DNA of 64,000 nucleotides from Candidatus Poribacteria bacterium (GCA_963665235.2 CAXXLX010000001.1:3136001-3200000); one strand, 5' to 3'. Shown: positions 1 through 12,471, counted from the stretch's first letter. Notes: generated by a model not told the origin, from the sequence alone. Program-made: numbers and translations.

Positions 1-1626
1 CAGGAGACCCTTCGCGAAAATAATGCCCTCGATTTTGATGACCTACTCCTGTTTACTCTCGAACTGTTCGAAAAGTATCCAGAAACGTTGGAGTCCTATC
101 AAGACAAATTCGAGTATCTCCTTGTAGACGAGTATCAAGACACGAACCAGTGCCAATATCAATTGGTCCGTTTTTTGGCGGGTAAAAAACAGAATATCTG
201 TGTCGTCGGGGACGATGACCAGTCCATCTACTCCTTTCGCGGGGCAGACATCAAAAACATCCTCAACTTTGAGAAGGATTATCCGAATACCCATGTGCTC
301 CGTTTAGAACAGAACTACCGGTCTACCAAAAATATTTTGGATGCCGCGTGGAGCGTTGTCCATAACAACAAGGCGCGAAAAGCGAAACGGCTCTGGACCG
401 AAAAGGAGGACGGGGAGCTCATCTTGTGTTATGAAGCGGCCGATGAGAACGATGAGGCGGGTTATGTCGGCACACAAATTGAGGATTGGCATGCAGAAGG
501 TGTTGATTACTCAGATTTCGCTATCTTTTACCGAACCAACGCGCAATCTCGTGTTTTTGAGGAGGCGTTCCTCGCTGCCAATATACCGTATCAGATTATT
601 GGCGGTGTCGGCTTCTACGATAGGATGGAAGTAAAAGACCTGCTTGCTTACCTCCGCATCATGAGCAACCCGCATGACACAGTCAGTCTCCGGCGCATTA
701 TCAACGTGCCGACTCGCGGTATCGGTGCGACAACAATCCAGAGGCTTGTCGAGTTTGCCCACAGTGAAGACATATCGCTTTTTGATACCCTAGAACGTGT
801 TGCGGACGTTCCGAAAATCAGCAACAGTATACAGGCAAAGGTACGGAATTTCGCCAAAATCTTCACAAAGTTCGGCCCAGATGATCTCCCCTCTGACGCA
901 CTGCACTATGTTTTAGAGACCACGGGTTATCTGACAAACCTTGAAAACCAGAAAACGATAGAGGCGCAGAATCGCGTTGAAAACATTGAGGAATTGATGA
1001 ACGCTGTCGCTGAATATGAGCACAACGCGGAGGAGCCGTCCCTTGCGGATTATCTGGAAACCGTTGCCCTCACAACAGATATAGATAAGATGGAAACGGA
1101 TAAGACAGATAGGGTGCCGTTGATGACCTTGCACAGCGCGAAAGGGTTGGAATTTCCTTTCGTCTTTATAGTCGGCATGGAGGAGAAATTTCTACCGCAT
1201 CAACGTGCGATTGCGAGTTTAACAGGGGATGAGTTAGAGGAAGAACGCCGCCTCTGTTATGTCGGTATCACGCGTGCAATGGAACAACTTTTTCTTGTAC
1301 ATGCCGAGCAGCGGCGAATGTACCGCGACTCAGAATATAGGAGCCCCTCGCGTTTCATCGATGAAATACCGCCACACCTCATCAAACACGTCGACCGATA
1401 CCGCTCTGCGTTCCGTGAAACAGAGCACCCGTACTATGCCGCGAAGCAGACGCACAATTACGAATTCGGGCAGGTTGTGTCCCATTCAAAATACGGAAGC
1501 GGAAAGATAACAGAGCTCAGACGCATTGGCGAAACTACATTTGTGACAGTTCAGTTTGAACAAGGTGACATCAGGGAATTCGTTGCTGCGTTGGCACCGC
1601 TGGAAATCGTTGAATCGGAAAAATAA
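1..1626 (+). CDS. pcrA: ATP-dependent DNA helicase PcrA/UvrD (5' end outside window)
   Basis: Frame open from base 1 (NALDFDDLL); motifs LVDEYQDTN, VVGDDDQSIYSFRGA, LEQNYRST, MTLHSAKGLEF, EEERRLCYVGITRA; C-terminal Tudor-like segment (VSHSKYGSG). Confidence 0.96.
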   Translation, partial: QETLRENNALDFDDLLLFTLELFEKYPETLESYQDKFEYLLVDEYQDTNQCQYQLVRFLAGKKQNICVVGDDDQSIYSFRGADIKNILNFEKDYPNTHVLRLEQNYRSTKNILDAAWSVVHNNKARKAKRLWTEKEDGELILCYEAADENDEAGYVGTQIEDWHAEGVDYSDFAIFYRTNAQSRVFEEAFLAANIPYQIIGGVGFYDRMEVKDLLAYLRIMSNPHDTVSLRRIINVPTRGIGATTIQRLVEFAHSEDISLFDTLERVADVPKISNSIQAKVRNFAKIFTKFGPDDLPSDALHYVLETTGYLTNLENQKTIEAQNRVENIEELMNAVAEYEHNAEEPSLADYLETVALTTDIDKMETDKTDRVPLMTLHSAKGLEFPFVFIVGMEEKFLPHQRAIASLTGDELEEERRLCYVGITRAMEQLFLVHAEQRRMYRDSEYRSPSRFIDEIPPHLIKHVDRYRSAFRETEHPYYAAKQTHNYEFGQVVSHSKYGSGKITELRRIGETTFVTVQFEQGDIREFVAALAPLEIVESEK

Positions 1627-1659
1627 CCGAAATAGCTGTCAGCAGTTGGAGGATTTTAT

Positions 1660-1962
1660 ATGGCAACTATCACTACAGAAGGCGTGACCCATGTTGCAAA
1701 CTTGGCACGTCTCGAATTTAACGAGGAAGAGATACAACATTTTACGGAACAACTCGCCCGAATTTTGGACTACATCGGGAAATTGAATGAACTAGAGACA
1801 ACTGACATTGAACCGACATCGCACATTCATCCGCTCCAAAATGTGACCAAGCCGGATGTCGTCAAACCCTTCAATCCGGACAAGGATGTTAATCTTCTCA
1901 AGAATGCACCGGATGCGGAATCGGGATATTTCGGTGTTCCCAGAGTAGTTGACACGACGTAA
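1660..1962 (+). CDS. gatC: Asp/Glu-tRNA amidotransferase subunit C
   Basis: HVANLARL...ILDYIGKLNEL...NAP...GYFGVPRV; GGAGG RBS; directly upstream of gatA. Confidence 0.95.
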   Translation: MATITTEGVTHVANLARLEFNEEEIQHFTEQLARILDYIGKLNELETTDIEPTSHIHPLQNVTKPDVVKPFNPDKDVNLLKNAPDAESGYFGVPRVVDTT

Positions 1963-1974
1963 GGAGAAAATTGA

Positions 1975-3438
1975 ATGTCGCTTTATCAATTGACAGCGCA
2001 TACGCTACACAAGAAACTTAAGGAGCGTGAAATTACCGCTGTGGAGCTAACGGAGTCTGTCTATAACCGCATTGATGCTGTGGAACCTCACGTCAAGGGC
2101 TACTTGGAGTTGACGAAAGAGCTCGCCTTGGAACAAGCAGCAGCAGCCGATGCGGGGTTTCAAAACGGTGACGATATGCCGTCGCTTGCAGGTATTCCTA
2201 TCGCTATCAAGGATGTGATATGTACCAAGGGTGTAAGAACAACGTGTGGTTCTAAAATCCTCAGAAACTTCGTGCCACCTTACGATGCCACTGTCATGAC
2301 GAAACTGCATCAGCAGGGAATTGTGATGCTTGGCAAAACGAATATGGACGAGTTTGCGATGGGGTCGTCCACCGAAAATTCAGCGTATCAGATTACGCAC
2401 AACCCGTGGAATTTGGAAACTATTCCTGGCGGTTCCAGCGGTGGTTCCGCTGCGGTTGTCTCAGCAGATATGGCAATCTGTTCGCTCGGTTCGGATACAG
2501 GTGGCTCCATACGTCAACCTGCGGCACTTTGTGGGGTTGTCGGCATGAAACCGACTTACGGGCGCGTTTCGCGCTACGGTCTGGTTGCATTCGCCTCCTC
2601 GCTTGACCAGATCGGACCGTTTACCAAGGATGTCACCGATTGTGCCCTGCTTCTCAACGCCATCTGTGGACATGACCCGATGGACTCCACCGCTGTTGAT
2701 GAGCCCGTGCCAGATTTCACACAGAGCCTAATCAACGATGTTAAGGGGTTGAAAGTTGGGGTACCTAAGGAGTATTTCACCGAGGGGTTAATGCAGGAGG
2801 TTGCAGACAAGGTAAACGCTGCGATTGCTGTGCTGGAAGAACACGGTGCGATTATTAATAAGGATATATCCCTCAAACATACCGAATATGCTATCGCTAC
2901 GTACTACATTATTGCCCCCGCTGAGGCGAGTGCAAACCTAGCACGATATGATGGGGTCCGCTACGGATACCGCACCGAAAAGCCGGAAGACCTGCTCAAC
3001 ATGTATAAAAAGACTCGAAGCGAAGGGTTCGGCCCCGAAGTCAAACGGCGCATTATGCTCGGCACCTTCGCGCTGAGCGCAGGGTATCAAGATGCATATT
3101 ACCGCAAAGCACAGAAGGTCCGGACGTTAATCAGAAAAGACTTCGATGCGGCCTTCGAAAAGGTTGACGTTATTGCAACGCCAACATCACCGACATCGGC
3201 ATTCAAAATCGGCGAACGGACCGAAGACCCACTGCAAATGTACCTCTCCGATGTCATGACGACCCCGGCGAGTCATGCAGGGTTACCAGGGATTTCTATC
3301 CCGTGTGGACTTACGACGGATGGGCTTCCTATTGGGTTACAGCTGCTCGCTAAACCCTTTGCCGAGGAGATGCTTTTGCGCGTCGCCTATAGCTTTGAAC
3401 AGAATACCGAACATCATAAACAGAAACCGAATTTATAG
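1975..3438 (+). CDS. gatA: Asp/Glu-tRNA amidotransferase subunit A
   Basis: Amidase signature [43 protein letters not shown]. Confidence 0.97.
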   Translation: MSLYQLTAHTLHKKLKEREITAVELTESVYNRIDAVEPHVKGYLELTKELALEQAAAADAGFQNGDDMPSLAGIPIAIKDVICTKGVRTTCGSKILRNFVPPYDATVMTKLHQQGIVMLGKTNMDEFAMGSSTENSAYQITHNPWNLETIPGGSSGGSAAVVSADMAICSLGSDTGGSIRQPAALCGVVGMKPTYGRVSRYGLVAFASSLDQIGPFTKDVTDCALLLNAICGHDPMDSTAVDEPVPDFTQSLINDVKGLKVGVPKEYFTEGLMQEVADKVNAAIAVLEEHGAIINKDISLKHTEYAIATYYIIAPAEASANLARYDGVRYGYRTEKPEDLLNMYKKTRSEGFGPEVKRRIMLGTFALSAGYQDAYYRKAQKVRTLIRKDFDAAFEKVDVIATPTSPTSAFKIGERTEDPLQMYLSDVMTTPASHAGLPGISIPCGLTTDGLPIGLQLLAKPFAEEMLLRVAYSFEQNTEHHKQKPNL

Positions 3439-3446
3439 GGAAATTT

Positions 3447-3932
3447 ATGAAAACATTGACAGCACCCCTTGGGGGTTTCATTGGTGCAATATTAGGCGGA
3501 ATCCTTTGGGCGAAATATATCCAATGGACCGGTACAACCGCGGGATTCATCGCCCTCGGTGTCGGTTTACTGACTGGGGTAGGTATGTTGTTTAGTAGTA
3601 CCCGCGCTATTGAACCTGATGCGAAAGGACAGTGGTTTATCGTCTCTATTACCGCTGCGATTTTCGCTATTATTGGTATCTTTATCGGGAAATATCTCGA
3701 TGTCCAATGGAATGCACTCACACATATTACGGAACAATTGATGCTGGAGCGGGAATTGACGTTTCAACAAGCGAAACCTTACGCCCAAACGATACTCGGC
3801 GGTAGTTCAAAATGGGAGCTTATGCAACAACGTATGGACCGGTTTGATTTCATCTACGGTGGTGCAGCGGCTCTTATTGCTTTTTACATTCCATCCATGC
3901 AACGGTTACGAAACTATTTTTACCGAAATTAA
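3447..3932 (+). CDS. Hypothetical membrane protein (about 4 hydrophobic helices)
   Basis: 161-aa ORF packed between gatA and the S41 protease; several hydrophobic Gly-rich stretches. Confidence 0.7.
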   Translation: MKTLTAPLGGFIGAILGGILWAKYIQWTGTTAGFIALGVGLLTGVGMLFSSTRAIEPDAKGQWFIVSITAAIFAIIGIFIGKYLDVQWNALTHITEQLMLERELTFQQAKPYAQTILGGSSKWELMQQRMDRFDFIYGGAAALIAFYIPSMQRLRNYFYRN

Positions 3933-3950
3933 ATAAAAGTGAGGTGAGAA

Positions 3951-5390
3951 ATGAAAAAAAACTATTTTCACATAATATTATTAACATTCTTAATTGTGGC
4001 TTTTCTGCCACTTCACGGGAATTTGGAAGAACATGAAGAACATATAGGGACAGAAGATACGGCAAAGACATCTACGGATACGCTGCTAGAGAATTTCGCG
4101 CTGCTTTCAGAAATTGTCGCATTTATTGAACAGGAGCATCTCGATAATCCAGATTCAAAGGAGCTCATGGAGGGCGCGATACGAGGGATGCTTCGCACCC
4201 TGGACCCCTATAGTCAATATATTCCGGACTATCTAGCATTCCGTATGCAGAATCGCGGCAACTATGGGGGGCTCGGTATGACTGTTGGAATTCGAGATGA
4301 TGTACTCACCGTCATAACGCCGTTCAAAGGAAATCCAGCTGCGCTGGCTGGCGTGCAAAACGGCGATATCATCAGTCATATTGAAGGTGAACCCACAGCT
4401 GTGATGAGCTTGAGCGAAGCGGTTGAACAGTTGCGTGGTGAACCCGGCACCGCTGTCTCTATTACGATTATCCGTCCGAAGGAAAGCCGCCCGATAGAAC
4501 TCACCATCACGCGGGAGGTCATTCATATCCCCAACGTCGAAAAAGCGATTATCGGCGATAACATCGGGTACATTAAAATCAATCAATTCCTTCAGACAAC
4601 CGCCAACGATGTAGATAGCGTGTTTACCGAATTTGAATCACACCCCCTCCGCGGCATTATCCTTGACCTGCGGTCCAACCCCGGTGGCCTTTTAACCGCG
4701 GCGGTTGATATCGCCAGCGATTTTCTGGAACCCGGCCAACTTGTTGTTTACAGCCAGGGGACCGAAGCCCGTGAGGACTACGCCGCTAAGGGACAGGCAA
4801 GAGATAAATTTCCTTTGATTGTTTTGGTCAATGGCGGAAGTGCTAGTGCATCCGAAATTGTCTCTGGGGCCATCAAAGACCACGGACGCGGCATCGTCAT
4901 GGGCAGTAAAACCTTCGGAAAAGCCTCTGTCCAACGCGTCTTCCCCCTCAGTGATTCCAAAGCCGCAGTGAAATTGACCGTGGCGCGTTACTACACACCG
5001 AAAGGTGTAAATATCGATAAAATCGGAGTCATGCCCGATGTCGAATCCGCAGGGTTTAGCAGCTCCGAATGGGGACTCATGCAGTCCAAACTGGAAAATC
5101 ATGAGGAACTCAAGGCATTCGTTGAGAAACATGGCGACGACGTTCTGGCAAAACTCTATGACGCAGAACACGCCCCACGGGACGACCGCCAAGCCATCAG
5201 GCTCCTGCGGAGTTATCAACGGCTCGTCGACGCACTCGCTGAAGAACAGATTATCCTCAGTGATATCGGAATTAAGTATGCCATCGCGGAGATTACCGAA
5301 AATATCAGCGATGAACTTGAGCATGACCCGCAAATCCTCGACGCAATGGCGCAATTGAAAGTGCTTGAACTGTTCGGCAATCAGAATTAA
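3951..5390 (+). CDS. ctpA: S41 family carboxyl-terminal processing protease (PDZ + tail-specific protease)
   Basis: Signal peptide; LDPYS, GGLGM PDZ entry, [31 protein letters not shown]. Confidence 0.92.
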   Translation: MKKNYFHIILLTFLIVAFLPLHGNLEEHEEHIGTEDTAKTSTDTLLENFALLSEIVAFIEQEHLDNPDSKELMEGAIRGMLRTLDPYSQYIPDYLAFRMQNRGNYGGLGMTVGIRDDVLTVITPFKGNPAALAGVQNGDIISHIEGEPTAVMSLSEAVEQLRGEPGTAVSITIIRPKESRPIELTITREVIHIPNVEKAIIGDNIGYIKINQFLQTTANDVDSVFTEFESHPLRGIILDLRSNPGGLLTAAVDIASDFLEPGQLVVYSQGTEAREDYAAKGQARDKFPLIVLVNGGSASASEIVSGAIKDHGRGIVMGSKTFGKASVQRVFPLSDSKAAVKLTVARYYTPKGVNIDKIGVMPDVESAGFSSSEWGLMQSKLENHEELKAFVEKHGDDVLAKLYDAEHAPRDDRQAIRLLRSYQRLVDALAEEQIILSDIGIKYAIAEITENISDELEHDPQILDAMAQLKVLELFGNQN

Positions 5391-5434
5391 TTTCCATAGC
5401 GCGAACGTCAGGGGACAGAATAAGGAGAAAAAAT

Positions 5435-6895
5435 TTGGTGAACCTACAAACGCCGCTTCCAAATTACATTAACAACACTTGGCAGGAATCTGTGGCAGCG
5501 GAACTGCTCGATGTTACGAATCCTGCCACCGGCGAAGTGCTAACCCAAGTCCCGCTCTCTCCTGCCGATGAGGTGCATCAGGCGGTGACCGCCGCCGAAA
5601 CTGCCTTTGACACCTGGCGACGCACACCGCCTGTTCAACGTGTTCAATACCTCTTTACGCTGAAAACCCTTTTAGAGGAAAACTTGGACGACATTGCCCA
5701 AACAATTACCTCGGAATGTGGAAAAACGATTGCCGAAGCAAAAGGTGAAATGCGGCGCGCCATCGAAAATGTTGAGGTCGCCTGCGGAATTCCTACGCTT
5801 ATGCAGGGCACAAACTTAGAGGATATCGCCACCGGTATTGACGAATTTATGATTCGTCAACCGGTCGGTGTTTGTGCTGCCATCGTACCCTTCAATTTCC
5901 CCGGCATGATTCCCTTCTGGTTTCTGCCTTACGCAATTGCTTGCGGCAACACCTATATCGTCAAACCCTCCGAAAAGGTGCCGCTGACTATGCAAAAGGT
6001 GTTTCAACTGCTTGAACAAACAGGACTTCCAGCGGGCGTTGTCAACCTCGTTAACGGCGGGCAGGAGACGGTGAACGCCATTTTGGAGCATCCCGACATC
6101 CGCGCCATCAGCTTCGTCGGTTCAACGGCTACTGCAAAAACTATCTATGCCAAGGCAGCGGCAAACGGGAAACGGGTTCAATGCCAAGGCGGCGCGAAAA
6201 ATCCACTCATTATCCTACCCGATGCTGACCCGCAGTTTACTGTCAAGGCTACGGCTGATAGTGCATTTGGTTGTGCTGGACAACGTTGCCTCGCTGCCTC
6301 GCTTGCCTTCACCGTTGGCGGGGCACAGAACTGGTTTCCGAAAGCCATCACGAATACTGCAACTGACCGAGTCGTCGGTAACGGGTTAGATGAAGTGGTA
6401 GAGATGGGACCTGTCATCTCCCCTGAAAGCAGAAACCGAATTGAGGGGCTCATTCAAGCAGGTATAGAGGAGGGTGCGCGTGTCCTCGTTGATGGCCGCT
6501 ATCCGAGCATACCCGATGGTGAAAACGGCAACTTCATCCGCCCAACAATTTTGAGTGAACTTAACCCTGAGGGCGACATCGCAAAAACCGAAATCTTTGG
6601 ACCGGTCTTAGGGCTCATCCACGTTCAAACGATTGACGACGCAATTGCACTTATCAATAGCGGAAGTTACGGCAACATGGCGTGTCTCTTTACAAGCAGC
6701 GGGGCAGCAGCGCGTAAGTTTCGTTACGAAGCGCACATCGGCAATATCGGAATTAACATCGGGGTTGCTGCCCCGATGGCGTTCTTTCCATTTAGCGGTT
6801 GGAAGGACAGCTTTTTTGGCGACCTGCACGGCCAGAGCTGGGATGCCGTCGATTTCTTCACACAGAAAAAGGTTGTCGTGGAGAGGTGGTACTAG
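5435..6895 (+). CDS. mmsA: CoA-acylating methylmalonate-semialdehyde dehydrogenase
   Basis: ALDH motifs [54 protein letters not shown]; start TTG 5435 or GTG 5438. Confidence 0.92.
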   Translation: MVNLQTPLPNYINNTWQESVAAELLDVTNPATGEVLTQVPLSPADEVHQAVTAAETAFDTWRRTPPVQRVQYLFTLKTLLEENLDDIAQTITSECGKTIAEAKGEMRRAIENVEVACGIPTLMQGTNLEDIATGIDEFMIRQPVGVCAAIVPFNFPGMIPFWFLPYAIACGNTYIVKPSEKVPLTMQKVFQLLEQTGLPAGVVNLVNGGQETVNAILEHPDIRAISFVGSTATAKTIYAKAAANGKRVQCQGGAKNPLIILPDADPQFTVKATADSAFGCAGQRCLAASLAFTVGGAQNWFPKAITNTATDRVVGNGLDEVVEMGPVISPESRNRIEGLIQAGIEEGARVLVDGRYPSIPDGENGNFIRPTILSELNPEGDIAKTEIFGPVLGLIHVQTIDDAIALINSGSYGNMACLFTSSGAAARKFRYEAHIGNIGINIGVAAPMAFFPFSGWKDSFFGDLHGQSWDAVDFFTQKKVVVERWY

Positions 6896-6973
6896 TTTGG
6901 TGCCCCCTCTCTCCCGCAGGCGTGAAGGGTTAGCGAGCTAAATACTTCTATTTACCAAAAAGGAAATAAACCA

Positions 6974-8599
6974 TTGCCAAAAAAGAAAACCGAAGCAGAC
7001 ACAACCCAACCCACACTCCCGTTCCCATCTGAGAATGAGGAGCATCTGGATATCTCTACGCTTGAAACATGGCTCCTAGATGCTGCAAATACTATCCGAG
7101 GCGCGAGCGACGCACCCAAATTCAAGGATTTCATTTTACCCCTCATCTTCTATAAACGTCTCTCCGATGTGTTTGATGACGAGTTCTAAAAACAGATAAC
7201 AGAATTCGGCGATGAAGAATCCGCAAGCGAAATTGTTGAAGCGGACCATGAGGACGCGCTCAAAGCCGAACGTAACCCAATTGTCCGTTTTTACATTCCG
7301 CAGAAGTATAGCTGGGAAACACTTCGCAACCACCCCGCAGCCGGTCACTTGGGGGAGTTTGTCACCGAAGCGATGCGTGAGGTAGCACGTCTTAACCCGC
7401 CATTGCAAGAGGTCCTGGATGTGAAGGACTTCAACGAAACCCAAAGCGGACAGCGAACGCTCGATGAGGAACGACTGGAGGCGTTAATTGAGGTGCTGAG
7501 CAGGCATCGCCTTGGATTGCAAGATACGGAGCCTGATATCCTCGGACGCGCGTATGAATATCTGTTACGCAAGTTCGCTGAAGGACAAGGACAGAGCGCA
7601 GGTGAGTTCTATACCCCGAAGGAGGTCGGGTGGTTAATGGCACGTCTCATTAACCCGGAACCCCGCACGACTATTTGCGATCCGGCCTGTGGTTCGGGTG
7701 GTCTACTTATCAAACCTCGGCTGCTGTTTGAGCAGACACACCCAGATAAAAAGAGCCAAGCCCCGAAAATCTACGGACAGGAACTGACTCCCACAACCTA
7801 CGCCATGGCGAAGATGAACGCCTTTCTGCACGACTTTATCGGCGCGAATATTCATATAGGCGATACCTTTCGCAACCCCCAGTTCGTTGATAGCAATTCA
7901 AAACTACAACGTTTCGATTATGTGCTCGCGAATCCGATGTGGAATCAGGAGGGGTATGACGATGCTTTTTATGCAAACGACCGTTGGGGACGGTTCACGT
8001 ATGGAATCTCCCCAAATTCATCGGCTGATTGGGGATGGGTCCAGCACATGCTTGCTTCTCTGGAAGATAACGGACGCGCGGCGATTGTACTTGATACCGG
8101 GGCTGTCTCTCGCGGTTCCGGTAGTAGGCAGGCTAATCGGGAGCGCGATATTCGTAAAAAATTTGTTGAAAACGATTTGATTGAAGCGGTGATTCTCCTG
8201 CCTGAAAATCTGTTTTACAACACAAGCGCGCCGGGCATCATTTTACTCCTAAATCGAAACAAACCCGCAGAACGCAAAGAACAGAGCTTGCTTATCAACC
8301 TTTCCAAATATTTCATAAAAGGGAAGCCTAAAAACATCTTAACCGACGAAGGAATTGAGGCAGCTATTGAGGTATATCAAGCGTGGGAGTCTCGGGAGAA
8401 GTTGAGTAACGTTATCACACTATCGGATGCGCAGAAAACTGATTACAACCTGAGCCCCTCCCAGTTTGTGGATGTAGGTGACAAGATAGAACACCGTCCA
8501 GTGAACGAAATTCTATCGGACTTAACAGAGGCACGTATCGCCCGCGAAAAAGCAGATGAGACATTGAATAAGGTGTTGGCACAGCTTGGTTTACAGTAA
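6974..8599 (+). pseudogene. hsdM: Type I R-M methyltransferase subunit HsdM with one in-frame nonsense codon (TAA 7187-7189)
   Basis: ORFs 6974-7189 and 7349-8599 share a frame and the sequence between reads through (KQITEFGDEE...VRFYIPQKYSW); motifs GEFYTP, DPACGSGG, ANPMW. Confidence 0.9.
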
Positions 8600-8636
8600 A
8601 AGGCAATTAGTAGTTTCGAACTTAATAAATTTTTAC

Positions 8637-8666
8637 TTGACAATTAAAGTGAATATACGATAGAAT
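8637..8666 (+). promoter_or_regulatory. Sigma70-type promoter
   Basis: TTGACA 8637-8642, 18-bp spacer, TAGAAT 8661-8666; ATG at 8673. Confidence 0.55.
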
Positions 8667-8672
8667 ATAGGT

Positions 8673-8876
8673 ATGAATATATAGATTGATTAAGATTGGC
8701 GATGCTGCTGAGCCCCTCCGGTGTGTATAGGTTGGACAAGTGTTGCCGATTCATTAGCTGTCAATGATACGCACTATCCAACGGTAGGATATGCCTGGGT
8801 TGATAACCGTAACCAAAAGACGGATTTGGAACGACAATCGGAAATGCTGTTCCTGTTCAACTATCAAAGATTATAG
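8673..8876 (+). pseudogene. Degenerate remnant of an IS607-family serine recombinase (TnpA) N-terminus
   Basis: Fragments RLIKIGDAAE (MerR-like HTH start) and PTVGYAWVDNRNQKTDLERQSEML (cf. YARVS..QK.DLERQ); broken frame. Confidence 0.6.
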
Positions 8877-8912
8877 GCGCGAGTATACAGAAACATGTAA
8901 AGGAGAACGCAA

Positions 8913-10960
8913 ATGGATGCTCCTAAATATCGTATGAATATCAGCAATACCGTCCTGTATCATCTCGGTATTAATCTTTATAGTAATGTCCCTGCTGCTT
9001 TGTCCGAAGTAGTAGCGAATTCTTGGGACGCTGATGCAACAAATGTTGATATTCAAATAGAAGGAGACACAATTACTATCACCGACGATGGACACGGCAT
9101 GACGTTCGATGATATCAATGGCAAGTACCTTGAGATTGGATATGAACGACGAAAGGCTGAAGAACAAGGGGCAGCTGTAACGGCTCATTACGGACGCGAG
9201 GTTATGGGCAGGAAAGGCATTGGCAAACTTTCACTTTTTTCAATTGCTAAAATTATTAAGGTTGAAACTTTTAAAGACGGTTCACGAAATGGGTTTGTGA
9301 TGTCAATAGATGAAATTGAGAAACATATTAAACAGAATAAATCCGCAACCTTATGAACCAACACCTCTGCCCGAATCTGAAATGGTACTTGATAGCAAAG
9401 GGACGCGAATTGTTCTTACGGAGCTAAAAAAGCGGGTTACCATAGCTACTCCTGATTATGTAAAGAAAAGGCTTGCGCGCCGGTTCAGCATCATTGGTTC
9501 TGAAAATGATTTCACGGTTTGTGTTAATGAATCTCCCATTAGTATTACAGACCGTGATTACTTTCATAAACTTCAGTATCTCTGGCACTATGGGGATGGA
9601 AGTGAGAAGTATGTAAATTTATGCAACAATTTGGAGAATCCTGAACATAACGAAAAAAGAGATGGGGCAATCCAGTATGAGCGTAAAAGATGAGGATAAT
9701 ATTGAAAATTTGATCCTGTTAAGAGGTTGGATTGGAACTGTTCCGGAAGCCGAAGGAACTGACAGACACAAATGTACACGATCAAAGAAGATATAAACGA
9801 AAATCTCAATAAGATTGTAGTCATGGTTCGCGGTAAACTTGCCCAGGAAAACATCCTTGACGATATTCAGAGCAATCGGGATTCTATACCATGAATACCT
9901 TATTGGCGAAATTCATGCGGATTTCTTGGATATGGATAATTTGGATGATATTGCAACGACCAATCGACAAGAAATTATTAAAGACAATCTGAGATATGAC
10001 ACACTTAAGGAATGGGTTAGAAAAGAATTGTATCATATTCGGGATAAATGGGATGAGTGGCGCAAACAGATAACAAAAGATGAAGTTATGCAAAGTCCTG
10101 CACTTAAGGAATGGCTTGAGGAATTAGAACCCGGAATACAGGAACAAGCAGAGTCACTTTTTGATAAAATAAAGCAATTTCGGATAGATGAATACGATGA
10201 TAGAATGCTGCTCTATAAACAGGCAGCTTTGGCGTTTGAGCAGCTTCGAAATAGGGGAGCTCTCGAACAGTTGAAAAAAATAACAGTAGAAAATATTCCA
10301 GTCTTCATGGAGATTTTAGGTAATTTTGATGATGTTGAAATATCATTATATTATCAAATGATTCAAGATAGACTAAAGATCATTACTAAATTGCAAGAGA
10401 TAACAGATGCTAACGCTGTGGAACGGGTTGTTCAGGAGTTCTTTACGATCACTTGTGGTTATTGGATCCCTCATGGGATAGAGCGACAGAAACACCTATA
10501 ATGGAGAAAAATGTCAAAACGGAGTTTGGTAAGCTTAATGCTAATACTTACGGATACGGAAAAAAGGGGGCGTTTTGACATCAAGTATAAAAAGACCTCT
10601 GGGAAGCACATTATCATAGAACTCAAACGCTCCGGTAGAACATTGGATGAATTTGAACTATTAGCACAAGTTGATAATTACAGAAACGCTTTAGAAAAAC
10701 TTGTGGCGGAAACAGGAAAAAACGAACCTGTTGAGGTGATCTGTATCGTTGGTAAACCTCTCAAACAGTGGACCACTCCGGAAAAAGCAGAGGAATCTAG
10801 AGAATCTATGGCGGCCAGAAATATACGCGTCATTTACTATCAAGAACTCATTGAAAATTCTTATCAAAGTTATAAGAGCTTTTTAGAAACATATCCAGAA
10901 GCAGGCAGGGTTTCTCGGCTTATCAAAAACATTAGAGATGAAGAACAGAAAGTTGATTAG
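8913..10960 (+). pseudogene. GHKL/HATPase - PD-(D/E)xK endonuclease (BbrUII/HgiDII-like restriction enzyme), multiply frameshifted
   Basis: N-terminal HLGINLYS...EVVANSWDADA, DDGHGM, GRKGIGK; middle GWIGT, VMVRGKLAQE, GEIHADFLD; C-terminal HLWLLDPSW, RFDI...IIIELKR; spread over at least 5 frame segments. Confidence 0.8.
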
Positions 10961-11002
10961 ACAGGTTTTTAACGCTGCTCGGAATAAATAGGAAAGGAAA
11001 AC

Positions 11003-12270
11003 ATGAACAAATTAAATTTACCAGCACATTGGAAAGTGGCAAGACTATCTAATCAGCAGCTATTCAGTTTTGAAAATGGTATTTGGAAAGGAAAAAAAGA
11101 ACCCTTTGAAGAGTGTGCTGTTGTAAGAAATACCAATTTTACCAGCGATGGATACCTTGATTTAACAGATGTAGCCATCTTATCTATAGAGCAGCGGCAT
11201 TTAACCAAGAAAAGTCTGAAATGGGGCGATATAATTATCGAGCGTTCTGGAGGCGGTCCTGAACAACCTGTTGGTAGAGTTGTGTTTTTTGACCTCAATG
11301 ATGGAACATACTGTTTTAGTAATTTCACAAGTCGTTTGAGGGTACTTGATAAAAGCATGATATGTCCTACCTACCTTTTTTTCTACCTTCTGTATTTTCA
11401 TGCTACAGCGCTTTTGAATCTGAAAGTCTACAAATAAGGACCACCGGTATAATCGACATCTATAGGTATTTGCGAGAGATTATTCAGAATCTAGTATGTC
11501 CCCTGCCCTCACTTCCCGAACAGCGCGCTATCGCCCACATCTTACAGACAATCCAAGAGGCAAAGTTTACCCGACAACGCGAAATTGCATTAGAGCGCGA
11601 ACGCAAAGCGGCATTGATGGCGCACCTCTTTTCACACGGCACGAAGGGTGAACCCCGCAAGCAGACAGAAATAGGCGAAATTCCTGAGAGTTGGGGGGTT
11701 GTTCAACTCAAAGAGATAGCCAATTTAAGGCGTGAGAATGTAAAACCTGAAGATAATCAGAACCTAAATTTTGTGGGACTTGAGCACATTGATTCGGGGG
11801 AGAGCATTCTAAAACGTTGGGGAGATGCTGCGGCGATGAAAAGTGCGAAAAATCGTTTTTATCCTGATGATGTCTTATATGGAAAGTTACGAGCTTATTT
11901 GGATAAAACAGTTATAGCTGAAATGGAGGGAATCTGCTCTACCGATATTCTTGTTTTTACTGCAAATTCAAAAATAGTCCCAAGATTTTTAGTTTATCTT
12001 TTGCATACTGAAGTGTTCGTGAATCATGCGGTATCAACATCAACAGGAATAAGCCATCCAAGGACCTCATGGAATTCTTTAGGAAAATTCACCTGCGCGC
12101 TTCCTCCGCTTTCCGAGCAATATGCCATTGCTGCCGTTTTTCAAGCGATTGATAAAAAAACAGCAGCCCTTGAACGAGAAGTTGAACTTATAGATGAACT
12201 CTTCCACGCCATGCTTGACGAACTAATGATGGGGCAGCGGCCTGCTGTGCCGCTGATTGATGCACCGTGA
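11003..12270 (+). pseudogene. hsdS: Type I R-M specificity subunit HsdS, frameshifted near 11400-11440
   Basis: Two TRDs with conserved spacers LPSLPEQRAIA, TEIGEIPESW, LPPLSEQ; ORFs 11003-11437 and 11362-12270 overlap out of frame. Confidence 0.85.
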
Positions 12271-12294
12271 CAGAACATTTTACGCGCTCGCTCG

Positions 12295-12323
12295 TTGCAA
12301 TTTTGCTTGTAAAGTGCTATAAT
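12295..12323 (+). promoter_or_regulatory. Sigma70 promoter with extended -10 upstream of the Septu-like pair
   Basis: TTGCAA 12295-12300, 17-bp spacer, TGcTATAAT (TATAAT 12318-12323). Confidence 0.65.
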
Positions 12324-12471
12324 TTGATAAATCACATTCATGGAGGCAAAAACATGTCATCAGCTGCAGCCGAGGCGAACATTACCCCTGAGGTGTCCCT
12401 CGACTCGGAACGCCGGTACAAGATATCTATGCACGCCTCACATTATCCGATTAAAATATTGGAGGTCCGAG

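Noticed and set aside
4692-5462. 256-aa antisense ORF, and other shadows such as 48271-48936 and 49125-49631
   Set aside because: Opposite well-supported genes or repeats, with no recognisable motifs
7187-7189. Stop-codon recoding or alternative genetic code in hsdM
   Set aside because: TAA is the normal terminator of many genes in the window; a nonsense mutation or base error is simpler
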